A program made the position numbers and the translations under genes. Below, in pieces: positions 31,226 through 32,000 of a stretch of DNA of 32,000 nt. Where the stretch lies: the NCBI GenBank assembly GCA_038210445.1, contig JBBQWQ010000078.1, forward strand, positions 59 through 32,058, read 5' to 3'. The notes below the pieces were generated by a model. The model worked only from the letters and a program-made list of their open reading frames with translations, searched no databases and was not told where the DNA came from. The stretch is from Polyangiales bacterium (GTDB lineage Bacteria > Myxococcota_A > Polyangia > Polyangiales > Polyangiaceae). Each line of letters starts with the position of its first letter. Position 1 is the stretch's first letter.

Positions 31226-31404
31226 TCGCGTTCGACGCTGCGTTCTCGCTACTGGCAGGCATGCGCCGAGTGCGCGGCGACGCATCCGTTGCAGCGAATT
31301 TGTTCTCGCTCCTGGGAAACTCCCGACGAACCACGCGCGGCCCGTTCGGCATGTCCGATGCACTTCGACGGACTGCCCGCTCGTCCGCGGGCGCGTGAGG
31401 TCCC

Positions 31405-31926
31405 ATGAAACTGTCCATGAAACTGTCGCTCGTCGCCGCACTTTCTCTGGTCGCGGCTGCCGCGGGCTGCGCCAACGGCGCGCCACCGCCCAACGCCCCG
31501 TCGACGCTCACTACAGCGACGATCGACGTTCGCCCGTTCCAGACCAACATCCTGTCGGGGGCGGCCAAGAACGAGGCCTATCGCCGGGTCCTCTTCACCG
31601 GCGCGCGATCGCACCTTGTCGTGATGTCGATCCCGGCAGGAGGTGAAATCGGCCTCGAGAGCCACGCTCGCGTCGAACAGCTCATCTTCATCGCGAGCGG
31701 CCAGGGCAAGGCCGTCGTCAACGGCGTCGAGACACCGCTGAGCGTCGGAGACGTCGTTGTGGCCACGCCGCTCTCGCGTCACAACGTCGTGAACACCGGG
31801 TCGACGCCCCTGCAGATCTACACCGTCTACGCGCCGCCGAATCACCTCGATGGTCGCGTACAGCCGACCAAGAAGGACGCCGAGGCCGACGGAGCCGACG
31901 ACGCCTTCGGGGCGGCCGTCCGATGA
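31405..31926 (+). CDS. cupin-domain lipoprotein
   Basis: Lipobox LVAAAAGC. Cupin motifs GGEIGLESHARVEQLIFIASGQG and GDVVVATPLSRHNVVNTG. Confidence 0.8.
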   Translation: MKLSMKLSLVAALSLVAAAAGCANGAPPPNAPSTLTTATIDVRPFQTNILSGAAKNEAYRRVLFTGARSHLVVMSIPAGGEIGLESHARVEQLIFIASGQGKAVVNGVETPLSVGDVVVATPLSRHNVVNTGSTPLQIYTVYAPPNHLDGRVQPTKKDAEADGADDAFGAAVR

Positions 31927-32000
31927 GCCTCGCGACCATGAAGCTCTGGAAGAAGATCGCGCTGGGCGCGGTCGTGGTGTTCGCGCTGCTCCAGGTCGTG
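31923..32000 (+). CDS. hypothetical membrane-anchored protein, 5' fragment (runs off the window)
   Basis: The ATG overlaps the cupin stop (ATGA). MSLATMKLWKKIALGAVVVFALLQVV looks like an N-terminal signal anchor. Confidence 0.35.
   Translation, partial: MSLATMKLWKKIALGAVVVFALLQVV

Overview
This is a high-GC bacterial chromosomal segment. The gene content (AgmX/PglI-type and GYF_2 proteins, many lipoproteins) suggests a myxobacterium-like organism; that assignment is an inference. Most of the window holds ordinary genes: AlkB, a saccharopine-dehydrogenase-family protein, a YndJ-like membrane protein, a PlsC-type acyltransferase, cyclophilin, a SWIM/SNF2 helicase, two SAM methyltransferases, MtfA, a MacAB-like efflux trio, an alpha/beta hydrolase and a cupin lipoprotein. 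The exceptional region is about 21.6-26.2 kb on the minus strand. It contains a Ro60 orthologue (Rsr: TROVE plus vWA/MIDAS) embedded in a dense array of 16 tRNA or tRNA-like genes. All 16 carry different anticodons: Lys, Asn, Phe, Asp, Trp, His, Ala, Gly-UCC, Cys, Arg-CCG | rsr | Tyr, Thr-GGU, Gly-GCC, Thr-CGU, Pro-CGG, Ile-GAU. Two circularly permuted tRNA-like modules (T arm, 3' acceptor strand, capping loop, 5' acceptor strand, D arm) have the architecture described for bacterial YrlA-type Y RNAs. There are further structured spacers, and an HNH endonuclease gene sits at the 3' end of the array. About half of the tRNAs are canonical. The rest share recurring core deviations (G55 T-loops, D-loops without GG, C33, G8/A8, 31:39 mismatches) yet mostly keep the expected discriminator and acceptor identity elements. 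A second RNA-related module lies 14 kb upstream: a stand-alone rbfA overlapping rtcB by GTGA, followed immediately by a class D (OXA-like) beta-lactamase lipoprotein. I folded all RNA elements by hand; no tRNAscan, Infernal or BLAST could be run.
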